Origin: Macrostomum lignano | Taxonomy: Eukaryota | Length of the DNA: 64,000 nt | Reading direction: 5' to 3' | Assembly (NCBI GenBank): GCA_002269645.1 | Contig: NIVC01001097.1 | Location: 248,001-312,000 of the forward strand | Part shown: one piece after another, positions 12,101 through 23,029 of the stretch | How positions within the stretch are numbered: position 1 is the first letter of the stretch | How the letters are laid out: every line of letters begins with the position of its first letter | Made by a program: the position numbers and the translations under genes | Notes under the pieces: model-generated | The model's input: the letters and a program-made list of their open reading frames with translations, nothing else | Databases searched by the model: none | What the model was told of the DNA's origin: nothing

Positions 12101-13045
12101 CTCGGCCAGAAGGAACGGCCAGGAGCAGCGCCGGATGCCGAGGTCCAACGTGAGCTGGCGGGTGCCGAAGGTTCAGATGAGGCTGCCGTTGGCTGCGAAA
12201 AGCGGCGGGCCTGGCGAGTGCAGGCGGGCGTCGGAACCGGCGACGGGGAAAATGCTGACCTCGGCGCCGGTGTCGACCAGGAAACGCCGGCCCGTCTGCA
12301 CATCCGGGATGAGGAGCAGGCTGCTGCTGTTGCCGGCCGTCGAGGCCGGCCTGCCCGTTTCCCTGGAAGCTGCACGGGAGTTCACAGCGGCGGGCTTTCG
12401 CACCGAAACGACGGTGAAAGAAACACAGGCCGTCGTCCGGGCGGTGCTGCTGGGGCCGTCTCTGTCTGGCGCCCTTGCTGGCCGCAAAGACTGCCGGCTG
12501 GACTTGCTGGGCTGGGTCTGCCGCCGGCTGCTGGACGGAGGCCGCCACCAGCTGCGGCCGGCTGGCCCAGAGCTTGTCTGCCTCCTGCGCTGCTGCCCGG
12601 GGTCCGCGAAACTGACGGTTGTCATGGCCATACGTACTTCCGGTGGCAGCTGCTGGCGGAACAGCTCCTCGAACAGCAGGCAGGGGCGGTGGTTCCCCAG
12701 CAGGGCGAGCATCTCGTCCATCAGCTCGGAAGGCCGCCGGTCGCCGAGGCCGGACATGCTGAGCAGGCGACTGGCCCGCTGCTGAGGAGTCAAATCGAAA
12801 GTGCTGTTGAGGCGCTCCTTTAGCTGAGCGTACTTGTTCGCCTCCGGAGGAGCCTCGAGCACATCGAGCAGGCGCTCTGCTGTCTGCTGGTCAAGAGCTG
12901 CGACCAGATGGGCGTACTTGGTCTCGTCCTGAGTGATGCCTCTCAGGGTAAACTGAGCTTCGGCCTGGATGAACCAGGCTCGAGGCTGGGCCGCCCAAAA
13001 CGTGGGCAGCTTCAGGGACACAGCAGAGTCGGTTTGTTGGGCCAT
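9199..13045 (-). pseudogene. gag-pol of the Gypsy element with at least five lesions
   Basis: Frameshift ~12590 (gag); TGA 12173-12175 (protease); TAG 10499-10501; 8-nt duplication frameshift ~10400-10411; frameshift ~9775 (integrase). Confidence 0.9.
12332..12363 (-). promoter_or_regulatory. -1 programmed ribosomal frameshift signal (gag/pol)
   Basis: G GGA AAC heptamer (12363-12357) in the gag C-terminal frame, 6-nt spacer, then hairpin GCCGGCC-TCGAC-GGCCGGC; the -1 frame encodes the protease. Confidence 0.8.
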
Positions 13046-13075
13046 TGCACGAAATGGCTGCGTAGGGCTCACCAA

Positions 13076-13292
13076 TGAAGCGGCTTGCGAGTGGAAGCTT
13101 GAAAAGCAGCAAGCGAGCAAAAGATCTTGTGTATATTTGTTTAAGCATAGTCTTTATACTTGAGAGAATAGGGAGGTGTGAGTCAGAGCGAACTGGCTGG
13201 CTGGGCAAAACTCCCCAGCAGCCATGCAGGCGTGCAGGGGCCTGTGCACAGGCGGGCCCCGCTCTCAACCGTGCACCAGTCTGGTCGCCACA
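13076..13292 (-). repeat. 5' LTR
   Basis: TGTGGCGACC...CCGCTTCA, followed by a 1-nt spacer and the PBS. Confidence 0.95.
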
Positions 13293-15374
13293 GACTATAG
13301 TACTACATGTATATATATATTTAATTTTAACCAAAACATCGGGACGAAATACTCGGCAAATCATGGTTTGAGTAGTCCGATGCACTTTCAACGTTGCATC
13401 GAACTTAGTTAGGAGTTTAGGACCGCTAAATATATACTCGTTTGTCTTACCAATAGCATCAGTCAATAGCATCAGCATACTATCATAAATAGTATGATCT
13501 GAGAATGCATATAGCATTCATGAATGGGGTTTCGCCATAGACGCAAAAAATTACACACACTTAAAAATTTAGAATTTTAATAGGTAGAAATCAGCTAATC
13601 CGGATATTATAAAAGCTAATCCACCCGCCACCAACCCGTGTGAATTGGCTCATCGAACCAGCTCTCTCGAAATCTTGTTTTAGACGAGCAGGCTCCAAGC
13701 CAACCTGCTAAGCCAGGGAATTCTTTCTGCTGTCAATATCATAGCCGATAATTAGGAACATTGCTGAGACTAAATGGCATGCATCGACATTGCAAGGACG
13801 AAGCAAAGGAGATTCGACCTTGCGCTGGCGAGCTCTGGGGGTCTCGGAATTATACACTATATATTTCTTCACTGAATTCTGCAAGATTCAGTTGAAGCAA
13901 ACTCACTCCAGAAACATGCTAAATTTTCTATCCCGAACCCAGCTATATATGCAGTGCTCAACAATTCTCAGATCTCAGCCCCAAAGTGGTATTCACACCT
14001 CACTGTGGGTGATGCAATAAATGCGTCACAAGGCCCCAGACTGGTGAGGAGAGTGGAGAGCTGTGGCTAGAGTTGGATGAAAGCTACCACTTGCTGACTG
14101 ACCACTGCATGGTTTCCCAGTGGAAACTTGATCGAACATGTTGCTGAGTGCAGTAGACTGCTTTTTGCAGTAACCTGAAAAGCTTCTGCCCCTAGTCCAG
14201 AGTACACAATTCCCTAGTACGAGCTAGGCTGATGCACGCCCGATCCGGCCATTGCTAACGGCATGAATAGTCAAATTCGCAAGAATATGCATGGGAGAAT
14301 ATAGCTATAGCTGCTCTACACGATTAGCGATATTGAGGTGGGTGTCAAATTTCGCTCTAATGCCAGTCTTTAATGAGAGCAGCGATCGCACCGGCTGCGA
14401 CGCGGAACTCGCCTATTGGATGGTGTGAGGGCGCAAGCTGGAGCTTACCATGCCCAATGGGTATCCATGGGAGTACAGTAGTCCAGGGCCGGTAGTTGTT
14501 TGCAGAATATGCGCTGGGTCGGGGGGGGGGCGCTCCCCAGGCTCCCCCTGAAAGAAGCAAGAGAGAGGCGTGCTGCATTATGCTGAGCTCCACACCTCTG
14601 ATGTGGTTGCAGTGCACTGATCTACTCCTGCAGTTAAAATGCATACGGAAGGGGAAGAGACTGTGTATATTCCCCCTATCTTTTGCTACCCCCAGCTTTC
14701 TCCCATCTGATGCATCTCTAGCAGCGCAGAACTTAACTCCCCCCGACGTCCCTCCGCCAATTCCGTGTTTGCGTGACTACCCTATTCTGCAGCGTGGCCC
14801 AGCCCACCTGCTCAGCCGATTGGGTCTCTGGTGGGTGCCCCTCCTGCCTCCGCCTTCTGCTACCGTTCCCAGCTCCCAGAGGCCCAAATGACAAGCCAGA
14901 CCATGCAGGCTGATTATCCATACAGCCGGCAGGGGATGCATTTATGACCCGCCTTCCCAGCGGCTCGCAGCCTGAGCCTCCCCAATTCCGACATGGAGCA
15001 GCTAAAAAGATGCCGCGATTCTGTCACAGAACTGGCCCACCTGTAGACCTGATGGACACCGGGGGCGGCTCAACCAACCAACAGGACTCGTCAGGACCCG
15101 CCGCGGTGGCAAGGAAGGACCCGACGTCTTCAGCATCTGGCGGCTTGCCGAGGCAGCAGGAGTGCGAAGACGAGGATGACAGCCTGAGCATCGCTGAGGG
15201 AGAATTTTTTGTCATTGACGAAGTAAACCCGCAGGAGCTGGACGAGCGAACAGACAGTCAGACTAGCGGTAAGAGGCTCAGGGCGGAGCAGCTCAGAGGT
15301 TAACGCCAGGAGCGGTGGTGGGAGACAAAGCCAAGAATTCTACATGTAACATTATGTTCAGAATCGGCGTTGTC

Positions 15375-15560
15375 AGCGCTTATTTTGGCGCCACAAGCCA
15401 CTCATTTTAGCGCCAAAGGCACTCATTTTGACGCCACAGGCTCTTATTTTAGCGCCACAGGCACTCATTTTGACGCCACAGGCACTCATTTTAGCGCCAC
15501 AGGCTCTTATTTTAGCGCCACAGGCACTCATTTTGGCGCCGCTGGCCACTCATTTTAGCG
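15375..15560. repeat. 21-bp minisatellite, ~8 copies
   Basis: Unit ATTTTAGCGCCACAGGCACTC with variants. Confidence 0.85.
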
Positions 15561-15682
15561 CCGCAGGCTCTCGCCCTGAAGCAAAATTATTGATTTCCAT
15601 AACGGGTCACAAGGTTTGGTGGGGGGGGACAAAGCATTGGCGCCCCCCCCCTCTCTCTCCCCCCCGGTGGCGACGCCCCTGG

Positions 15683-15733
15683 ATTAACGCGTCGATCTGG
15701 CTTTCGCGCCGAAGTATCCCGGGTTCGATTCCG
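15683..15733 (+). mobile_element. Possible 5'-truncated tRNA-derived SINE head
   Basis: GGATTAACGCGTC...GAAGTATCCCGGGTTCGATTCC contains a B-box, but the T-stem and acceptor stem do not close. Confidence 0.3.
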
Positions 15734-15942
15734 TGCGCAGTAGCATTGATTCCCGGCTCGTGTGGGAAATTGGCCAGGAGGCTTGTGCGATTCCCGTCAA
15801 TGGGGGCCAACCCTCAAGACAGTACATGCCTGGCGATGAGAAAGTAGGCGGAGTGTGCATGGCTGCCCGTCTCCTCGCTGGCTGCGGGTCGACTGTTCCC
15901 TGACTTGCGCCAGGGCCCAGAGACCTTGATTTGCAAGCGAAC

Positions 15943-17871
15943 ATGGTTTTCACCGCAGACAAACTGCTGGGTGCTTTTCTTATGCTATTTGCTGCAGCAG
16001 AATTTGCAAAGAAATCTTCAAGCCATAGAAGACGAAATCTTTCCATTTTGTCTCCAGATAAGCCTCCAGTCTTGGTAAGCGCCGACGTCACCAGCGAGGA
16101 GGCTTTGCCGTCGACACCGAAGATTCTGGCCGAGAAGGTGGACACTCTGGCTGAGGTACGAGTGAAACAGTACAGCTGTTATAGATCGGAGTAAGGCACT
16201 TAGTCATGGCTGAGGTACGAGTGAAACAGTACAGCTGTTATAGATCTGAGTAAGGCACTTAGTCATGGCTGAGGTACGAGTGAAACAGTACAGCTATTAT
16301 AGATCGGAGTAAGGCACTTAGTCATGGCTGAGGTACGAGTGAAACAGTACAGCTGTTATAGATCTGAGTAAGGCACTTAGTCATGGCTGAGGTACGAGTG
16401 AAACAGTACAGCTGTTATAGATCGGAGTAAGGCACTTAGTCATGGCTGAGGTACGAGTGAAACAGTACAGCTGTTATAGATCTGAGTAAGGCACTTAGTC
16501 ATGGCTGAGGTACGAGTGAAACAGTACAGCTATTATAGATCGGAGTAAGGCACTTAGTCATGGCTGAGGTACGAGTGAAACAGTACAGCTGTTATAGATC
16601 TGAGTAAGGCACTTAGTCATGGCTGAGGTACGAGTGAAACAGTACAGCTGTTATAGATCTGAGTAAGGCACTTAGTCATGGCTGAGGTACGAGTGAAACA
16701 GTACAGCTATTATAGATCGGAGTAAGGCACTTAGTCATGGCTGAGGTACGAGTGAAACAGTACATCTGTTATAGATCTGAGTAAGGCACTTAGTCATGGC
16801 TGAGGTACGAGTGAAACAGTACAGCTGTCATACATCCGAATAAGGCACTTGTAGTCATTCACAAAATTTTACCAACTCGAACGCACTTTCCAGGCAACAA
16901 AGGAGTTCTTCAAGAGCCACCCGCTTGACGTGATGGAGATGCAGCTTAGGCGGCTTATCCCATCGCCCAGCAAGCGCTACATCCGCATGCACTGCTTAAC
17001 GGACAATGGTGACACGCACCACCAGCTGCCAGTTAGCGAGGGACGCCGCCTGCAGTCCGCAGCCCAGAAGTCGACAGTCGCAAAGCCTGCACCGAGCACT
17101 TCAACGCCAGCGGCATCCGTGGCGGTGCCCAGCGTCGCCAATCTGCCAGCGCCCGCGCAGCAGGTGCCAATGCCACTCCGCCGGCAGAGCAATGGAAGTA
17201 GCCAGAATCTCTGCTCATTAAGAATTCCGAGCTCCGACGAGACACAGCGTCTGCCAGCTCAGCAGCTTCAGCCGAACCCATACCAGCCTCATCGATATCA
17301 CAGCTACCAGCGGCAACAGATCTCTTACAGTGGCTTCATGGACCCTTACAGCTCTCTGTACATGCAGCACAGGGAGGACCGCTACCAGCCGTATCCTTGC
17401 ACCTACGGTTCCAGTCGCCCCTGCGCTTCCAACTGCCAGCCGGCCCCAAGCCAAGGCGGGAGCTGCACGCAGCAGGCCCCGTGGATTGGAGGCCCGCTGC
17501 AGCCGACGCCAGCGCCGCCCAGCACGCAGCCGCAGGCATACCGGCGCAAGCTGAGCTCGAAGAAGCAGTCGCAACCAAACGGCCGAGGTCGTCCGCGGCC
17601 ACAGCCGAATGACACAGAGCCTCAGCAGCCGGTGCAGCACGACGAAGCCTACGGCAGGGAGCAATGGCTGTGCAGTTACTGCGGGATCGGCTTCCCCGAC
17701 AAGAGCCTGTACAGCCATCACAGGCAGTACCACGATCCGCAGAGCGTTTGGCGGTGCAGCGCCTGCGGCTACCAGTCGTTCGGGGTGCACGATTTCAACA
17801 TGCACCTGGTGCAGCTGGCACACCCGCTGATTTCGGCACTGAACTGCATCGATGGTGGGATCATCAATTAA
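15943..17871 (+). CDS. Protein with an Ikaros/Hunchback-type C-terminal C2H2 zinc-finger pair; exon ending 16155 and exon 16894-17871; 5' end uncertain
   Basis: CSYCGIGFPDKSLYSHHRQYHDPQSVWRCSACGYQSFGVHDFNMHLVQLAH follows the Ikaros/Hb dimerisation-finger spacing. Phase-0 splice GAG/GTACGA ... TTTCCAG/GCA. Start may be ATG 15943 or an upstream exon using the acceptor at 16057. Confidence 0.75.
16148..16850. repeat. 59-bp minisatellite, ~12 copies, each containing the splice donor
   Basis: Unit TGGCTGAG/GTACGAGTGAAACAGTACAGCTGTTATAGATC(G/T)GAGTAAGGCACTTAGTCA; variants alternate in a higher-order pattern. Confidence 0.97.
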
Positions 17872-18672
17872 GCAGCGATACTCAGTATCTGGTTCTGCAT
17901 CTGGTGGAATCTGCATTGTACTCGTAAAATAATAAAATTGTGCTCTAGTATTAGGCAGCTGTAATTTTGTACGCGGCATTGCAAACTGATCTGCTCTTGG
18001 TGGCCAAAAATAGTTAAAAGAGAGGCTAACTTGGTCCCAGATAGGGAAGTTGGTTCTTTGTCTGATCCCATAGTGATGATGATCCCCAAATTTCAATGTT
18101 ATACTAACTAGCGCTGACTGAGACGCTTCCATTTTCGGGTCCAGTTGGCATCCCCGCTGGGCTCCCAGGACTCTATGTTGAAGTAGTTATCATAGTTGTA
18201 GTTCCTGGATACCAAAACAAAGGTTCACTGTGCGAACTAGAGGTACACTACGTGGGTAGTGACGCTGTACTGTACATATCGGACATTATTTAGTATTCAA
18301 CAGCTATTAACACTGTGTGTACCGTAGTTGCGCACCCTTGTGCTCACGAAAGCGAGATAACAATAAGCTCGAAATATGTTGTACTTGTAAGTCACGTGCG
18401 TGTTGCGTGTACATAGAGCTACAGTATTTTGCATCGGCACCAACAGCTTGTGCAGTCTTTATCTGCGTGACTGCCTGGACACTGTTCTAATCACGTGTAA
18501 ACAAGAAGCTCCCCTTCTCCACGAGTAACTGCTGTCTAATCTGAGCCAGTAGCTTTATCGGAGCTGCACGGAGTGAAGTGGCAGAGAAGCCTGCCAAGTT
18601 CTGTATAATGGTGGGGCTCGGGGGCGTGAGGCACAGGCCCGGCCAGAGCCGTACTACAACCCAGTAAACACC

Positions 18673-19224
18673 ATGGGCAGCTCACAGTCTGTGCAGTTGG
18701 ATGAGCAGGACGCGGACCGCTTGTCCGCGGAAAGCAGCTTCACCCGGGAGGAGCTGCAGCGCCTGTACAGCCGGTTCATCAGCCTGGACAAGACCAGCGA
18801 CGGGGCGCTGAGTCCGGTGGATCTGGAGCGAATTCCTGAGGTGTGCATCAACCCGGTCGGCAGCCGGGTGGTCGCCAGCTTCTTCGCCGCTCAGGAGCGA
18901 ATCAACTTCACGGACTTTGTCCGGCTCCTGTCAATATTCAGGGCCGACGGCGACGCCAAGCAGGAGGAGTTGCGGCGCGGCCAGCTGCTGCGCTTCCTCT
19001 TCAACTTCTACGATGGCGACTGCGACGGAGTCATCTCCGTGGACGACCTGCAGACTGTGCTCCGCGACCTGCTCGGCAAGGACACGAATCCGCAGAATGT
19101 GCGACAGCTGGCTGAGCAAACCATCGCGAACGCCAGCAACGGCGGCAGCTTCATCACCTTCGCCGACTTCGAGAGGGCGATGGCGGACAAGAAGGACCTG
19201 CTGAACATCAGGTTTCTGGACTGA
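18673..19224 (+). CDS. CHP1: Calcineurin B homologous protein (CHP-like EF-hand), intronless CDS, 183 aa
   Basis: MGSSQS myristoylation-type N-terminus, FTREELQRLYSRFISLDK, LERIPEVCINPVGSRVV, FLFNFYDGDCDGVIS EF-hand, C-terminal LNIRFLD. Confidence 0.85.
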   Translation: MGSSQSVQLDEQDADRLSAESSFTREELQRLYSRFISLDKTSDGALSPVDLERIPEVCINPVGSRVVASFFAAQERINFTDFVRLLSIFRADGDAKQEELRRGQLLRFLFNFYDGDCDGVISVDDLQTVLRDLLGKDTNPQNVRQLAEQTIANASNGGSFITFADFERAMADKKDLLNIRFLD

Positions 19225-19636
19225 TCGTGCTGGCGGTACCTCCAACTTCAGGCTTTAAATCTGTCTCTGTGGTCTTCGCGGGTGCGTGTAAATGCGCGTC
19301 CGCATGTTCTAATATTGGTCCCACTTATCATCATTTAAGCGTGACTAAAGTAGCTTATATTTAAAATTAACAAATGGGCATCTGGCATCTTCGATAATAC
19401 TCATAGTTAAAACAAAATGTTTTCGCTTTTTAGTTAAATCGGAAGTTTCCATTACGCAGGTTCGTTTAGTATTTACATGTACACTGTTTAAAGTAGTAGT
19501 AGTCGTAGTCTGTTGAAAAAAACACAATAAACGCTTTCTCACGTTGCTTAAAGCTGCTTACATATGTCTGTTCACATGTTGAACTAATTTCTAGAAGGCA
19601 AAAAAAAAAACGTAAATAAATTTATTTTCGTTATGA

Positions 19637-20548
19637 AGGCAGTGAATGAGGGCCGGAGAAGGCAGTGAATGTTGGCTGGAGAAGGCAGTGAATGTGGGAT
19701 GGAGAAGGCAGTGAATGTGGGATGGAGAAGGCAGTGAATGAGGGATGGAGAAGGCAGTGAATGTGGGCTGGAGAAGGCAGTGAATGTGGGATGGAGAAGG
19801 CAGTGAATGAGGGATGGAGAAGGCAGTGAATGTGTGATGGAGAAGGCAGTGAATGCGGGACGGAGAAGGCAGTGAATGCGGGACGGAGAAGGCAGTGAAT
19901 GTGGGATGGAGAAGGCAGTGAATGAGGGATGGAGAAGGCAGTGAATGTGGGCTGGAGAAGGCAGTGAATGTGGGATGGAGAAGGCAGTGAATGTGGGATG
20001 GAGAAGGCAGTGAATGTGTGATGGAGAAGGCAGTGAATGCGGGACGGAGAAGGCAGTGAATGTGGGATGGAGAAGGCAGTGAATGAGGGATGGAGAAGGT
20101 AGTGAATGTGGGCTGGAGAAGGCAGTGAATGTGGGATGGAGAAGGCAGTGAATGAGGGATGGAGAAGGCAGTGAATGCGGGACGGAGAAGGCAGTGAATG
20201 TGGGACGGAGAAGGCAGTGAATGTGGGATGGAGAAGGCAGTGAATGTGTGATGGAGAAGGCAGTGAATGCGGGACGGAGAAGGCAGTGAATGTGGGATGG
20301 AGAAGGCAGTGAATGTGTGATGGAGAAGGCAGTGAATGCGGGACGGAGAAGGCAGTGAATGAGGGATGGAGAAGGCAGTGAATGCGGGACGGAGAAGGCA
20401 GTGAATGTGTGATGGAGAAGGCAGTGAATGCGGGACGGAGAAGGCAGTGAATGTGGGATGGAGAAGGCAGTGAATGAGGGATGGAGAAGGCAGTGAATGC
20501 GGGACGGAGAAGGCAGTGAATGCGGGACAGAGAAGGCAGTGAATGTGG
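19637..20548. repeat. 23-bp minisatellite, ~40 copies
   Basis: Unit GAAGGCAGTGAATGTGGGATGGA with variants (GCGGGAC, GAGGGAT, GTGTGAT). Confidence 0.97.
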
Positions 20549-20828
20549 GCTGTGAATTTCTGGTGTCTGTGAGCTGAAAATGCACCGAGGAACTGCGAGC
20601 TCAGACAGCATCAAACTGGGCTCCGGTGAACAACGGCAATAGGCAATTCTAGTAGAAATGCCAGTGACGCAGTAGAATTTTAAAGTTTCCCATGCAAACT
20701 GTGAAAATTAAAGCCGTGTCTGCGGAAAACTAAAACGCTATCCAGCTTTAACAGATTAATTGACAAAATTAGTAAACTGTTTGTGCGGCCCTCTAAACGG
20801 AAAGAAGTTTCAGCGCCAAATTGTTTAC

Positions 20829-20927
20829 CGCCACGATGCTTCACGAGGTCCGGAAACGGCTTGCCAAGGCCAAATCTCGCCATGATTAATCGCGCCTCAT
20901 CACCTGCTATCAGCAGGGCCGCCTCCT
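20829..20927 (-). other. Candidate orphan coding exon (99 nt, phase 1-1)
   Basis: CTAAC branch-like motif, GAAGCAG acceptor and GTAAAC donor flank EAALLIAGDEARLIMARFGLGKPFPDLVKHRG. No homology recognised. Confidence 0.3.
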
Positions 20928-20984
20928 CTGCTTCAGTTAGTTCAGAAAATTTGCCAGGTGTGCATGTCGTTCATTAAACTCTAA

Positions 20985-21590
20985 GTGGCAGTGCCAGTGC
21001 CCAGTCCACTGCCCAGTGCCAAATCCACTGCTCAGTGCTAGTCCAATGCCCAGTGCCAGTGTCAGTCTCCAGTACACTGCACAGTCCAATTGCCAGTCCC
21101 CCAGTCCACGGCCCACTGCCAGTCCCCAGTCCACGGCCCAGTGCCAGTCCCCAGTCCACGGTCCAGTGCCAGTGCAAGTCCACTGCCAGTCCTCAGTCCA
21201 CGGCCCAGTGCCAGCCAGTCCACGGCCCAGTGCCAGTCCCCAGTCCACGACCCAGTGCCAGTGCAAGTCCACTGCCAGTCCCCAGTCCACGGCCCAGTGC
21301 CAGTCCCCAGTCCACGACCCAGTGCCAGTGCAAGTCCACTGCCAGTCCTCAGTCCACGACCCAGTGCCAGTGCAAGTCCACTGCCAGTCCCCAGTCCACG
21401 GCCCAGTGCCAGTCCCCAGTCCACGACCCAGTGCCAGTGCAAGTCCACTGCCAGTCCTCAGTCCACGACCCAGTGCCAGTGCAAGTCCACTGCCAGTCCC
21501 CAGTCCACGGCCCACTGCCAGTCCCCAGTCCACGACCCAGTGCCAGTGCAAGTCCACTGCCAGTCCCCAGTCCACTGCCCAGTGCTGCCT
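20985..21590. repeat. Compound minisatellite (25-bp and 17-bp sub-units, 42-bp period)
   Basis: CCAGTCCCCAGTCCACGACCCAGTG and CCAGTGCAAGTCCACTG. Confidence 0.92.
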
Positions 21591-22204
21591 GCCTAGCTGG
21601 CACTGGCAGACGCAATACATAAGATAAAAGCATTTACATAGAAGAGAACTAAAAGCAGACATTAGTTGCAGCCGAAGTGGCAAACAGCTCGATGGATAAA
21701 CTGGCGATAAGAAAATTTGTAAAATTTCATATCATATTTGCATGTTTCACTAACCATTCAATGTACATTTATAAGCATTGCGCAGGGTACATGATATTAT
21801 CTGTTAATTTATCGGTTCGTGCACGCAAAACCGGCACTGAAGACGGTAAAAACAGTCTTTGTTCGACAAAGAGCAGCATAAGAATAATTAAAAGACAGGT
21901 AAAAATTGCCACTACCACAGCCAGTCAGGTGATTCGCTGAATTCACAGGCCACTTGGCCTGTAAAAAACTGCTGCTGAAAAGCACAGCCAAAAACCACAG
22001 ATCACATCACGGCGGGAAGGGTGACGCGCAAGCCTGTGCACTGAGTAAATACAATTAAATCCAGATGAAAAGATATAATTGTGTTAGTAACTACAAGTAT
22101 ATACATGATATATATCACCTGGTTAGTGTTCGGCTCATTATCGTTTGCTACATAATATTCCGAATACGTAAGAAACAACAATAGAAAATGTACAATAAAA
22201 ACAA

Positions 22205-22665
22205 CCGGGGCAGTGAGTGTAACACTGGGGTGGGGGGCTGATTGGGGCAGTGTGTACACTGGGATGGGGGGCTGATTGGGGCAGTGTGTACACTGGGGGT
22301 TTATTGGGGCAGTGTGTACACTGGGGAGGGGGGCTGATTGGGGCAGCGTGTGTACACTGGGGTGGGGGCTGACTGGGGCAGTGTGTACACTGGGTGGGGG
22401 GCTGATTGGGGCAGTGTGTACATTGGGGGGGATTGGGGCAGTGTGTACACTGGGGTGGGGGCTGATTAGGGCGGGGGGGGCGGGCTGACTGGGGCAATAT
22501 GTACACTGGGGTGGGGGCTGACTGGGGCAGTGTGTACACTGGGGTGGGGGGCTGACTGGGGCAGTGTGTACACTGGGATGGGGCGGCTGATTGGGGCAGT
22601 GTGTACACTGGGGTGGGGGGCTGACTGGGGCAGTGTGTACACTGGGATGGGGGGCTGATTGGGGC
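22205..22665. repeat. ~33-bp G-rich minisatellite, ~14 copies
   Basis: Unit GGGGCAGTGTGTACACTGGGGTGGGGGCTGA(C/T)T. Confidence 0.92.
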
Positions 22666-23029
22666 ACGCTGGGGTTCTCTTATAGTTAATTAGTTTTGGC
22701 TGTTAACTAGAAATAAATTGATGAAAACCGCGGGAAACTTACACAACTCGCGAAAAACTGGTCGGACTACCGGCCTAATAAACTTACTCTATTCACTGCT
22801 TCAAGAATTCGAATTTGCGAACTAATCGTACTGAGCAGGTGAATGTAAAGCTAGTGATTGATCAGCAGCGGTTGTCACAGATGGCAGCAAGCTCGCAGAT
22901 ATAAAAAATTATCAGTATGGGCATACAGAGCAAAAACAAAGGACAGTCTGGCTGCAGAAAAAACAGAGCAAAGTGAAGCACCTAACAACATTACGCAGCA
23001 GAAAACAGCATTGAATCGCAGAAATTGGC

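Larger units (their letters stand above)
8961..13292 (-). mobile_element. Ty3/Gypsy LTR retrotransposon (Mag-like architecture), full length but disabled
   Basis: 217-bp TG...CA LTRs at 13076-13292 and 8961-9177 differing at one base; PBS TGGTGAGCCC (13074-13065); PPT GGGGGGAG at ~9189-9181. Gag MAQQTDSAVSLKLPTFW from 13045; protease FLVDTGA; RT YIDD; RNase H; integrase HHCC, D-D-E and GPF motif in PR-RT-RH-IN order. Confidence 0.97.

Noticed and set aside
9538-12823. Large plus-strand ORFs (210-379 aa) opposite the Gypsy pol
   Set aside because: Antisense shadows of GC-rich coding sequence; no recognisable motifs.
15683-15745. Possible tRNA gene around GGTTCGATTCC
   Set aside because: T-stem, acceptor stem and D-arm do not form; at best a SINE relic.
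16148-16850. CRISPR-like appearance of regular repeats (also 5041-5558, 37915-38965)
   Set aside because: Head-to-tail units with no unique spacers, no cas genes, eukaryotic context.
19584-22667. ORFs of 150-330 aa over the 23-, 42- and 33-bp arrays
   Set aside because: Open only because the repeat units lack stops; no domain content.
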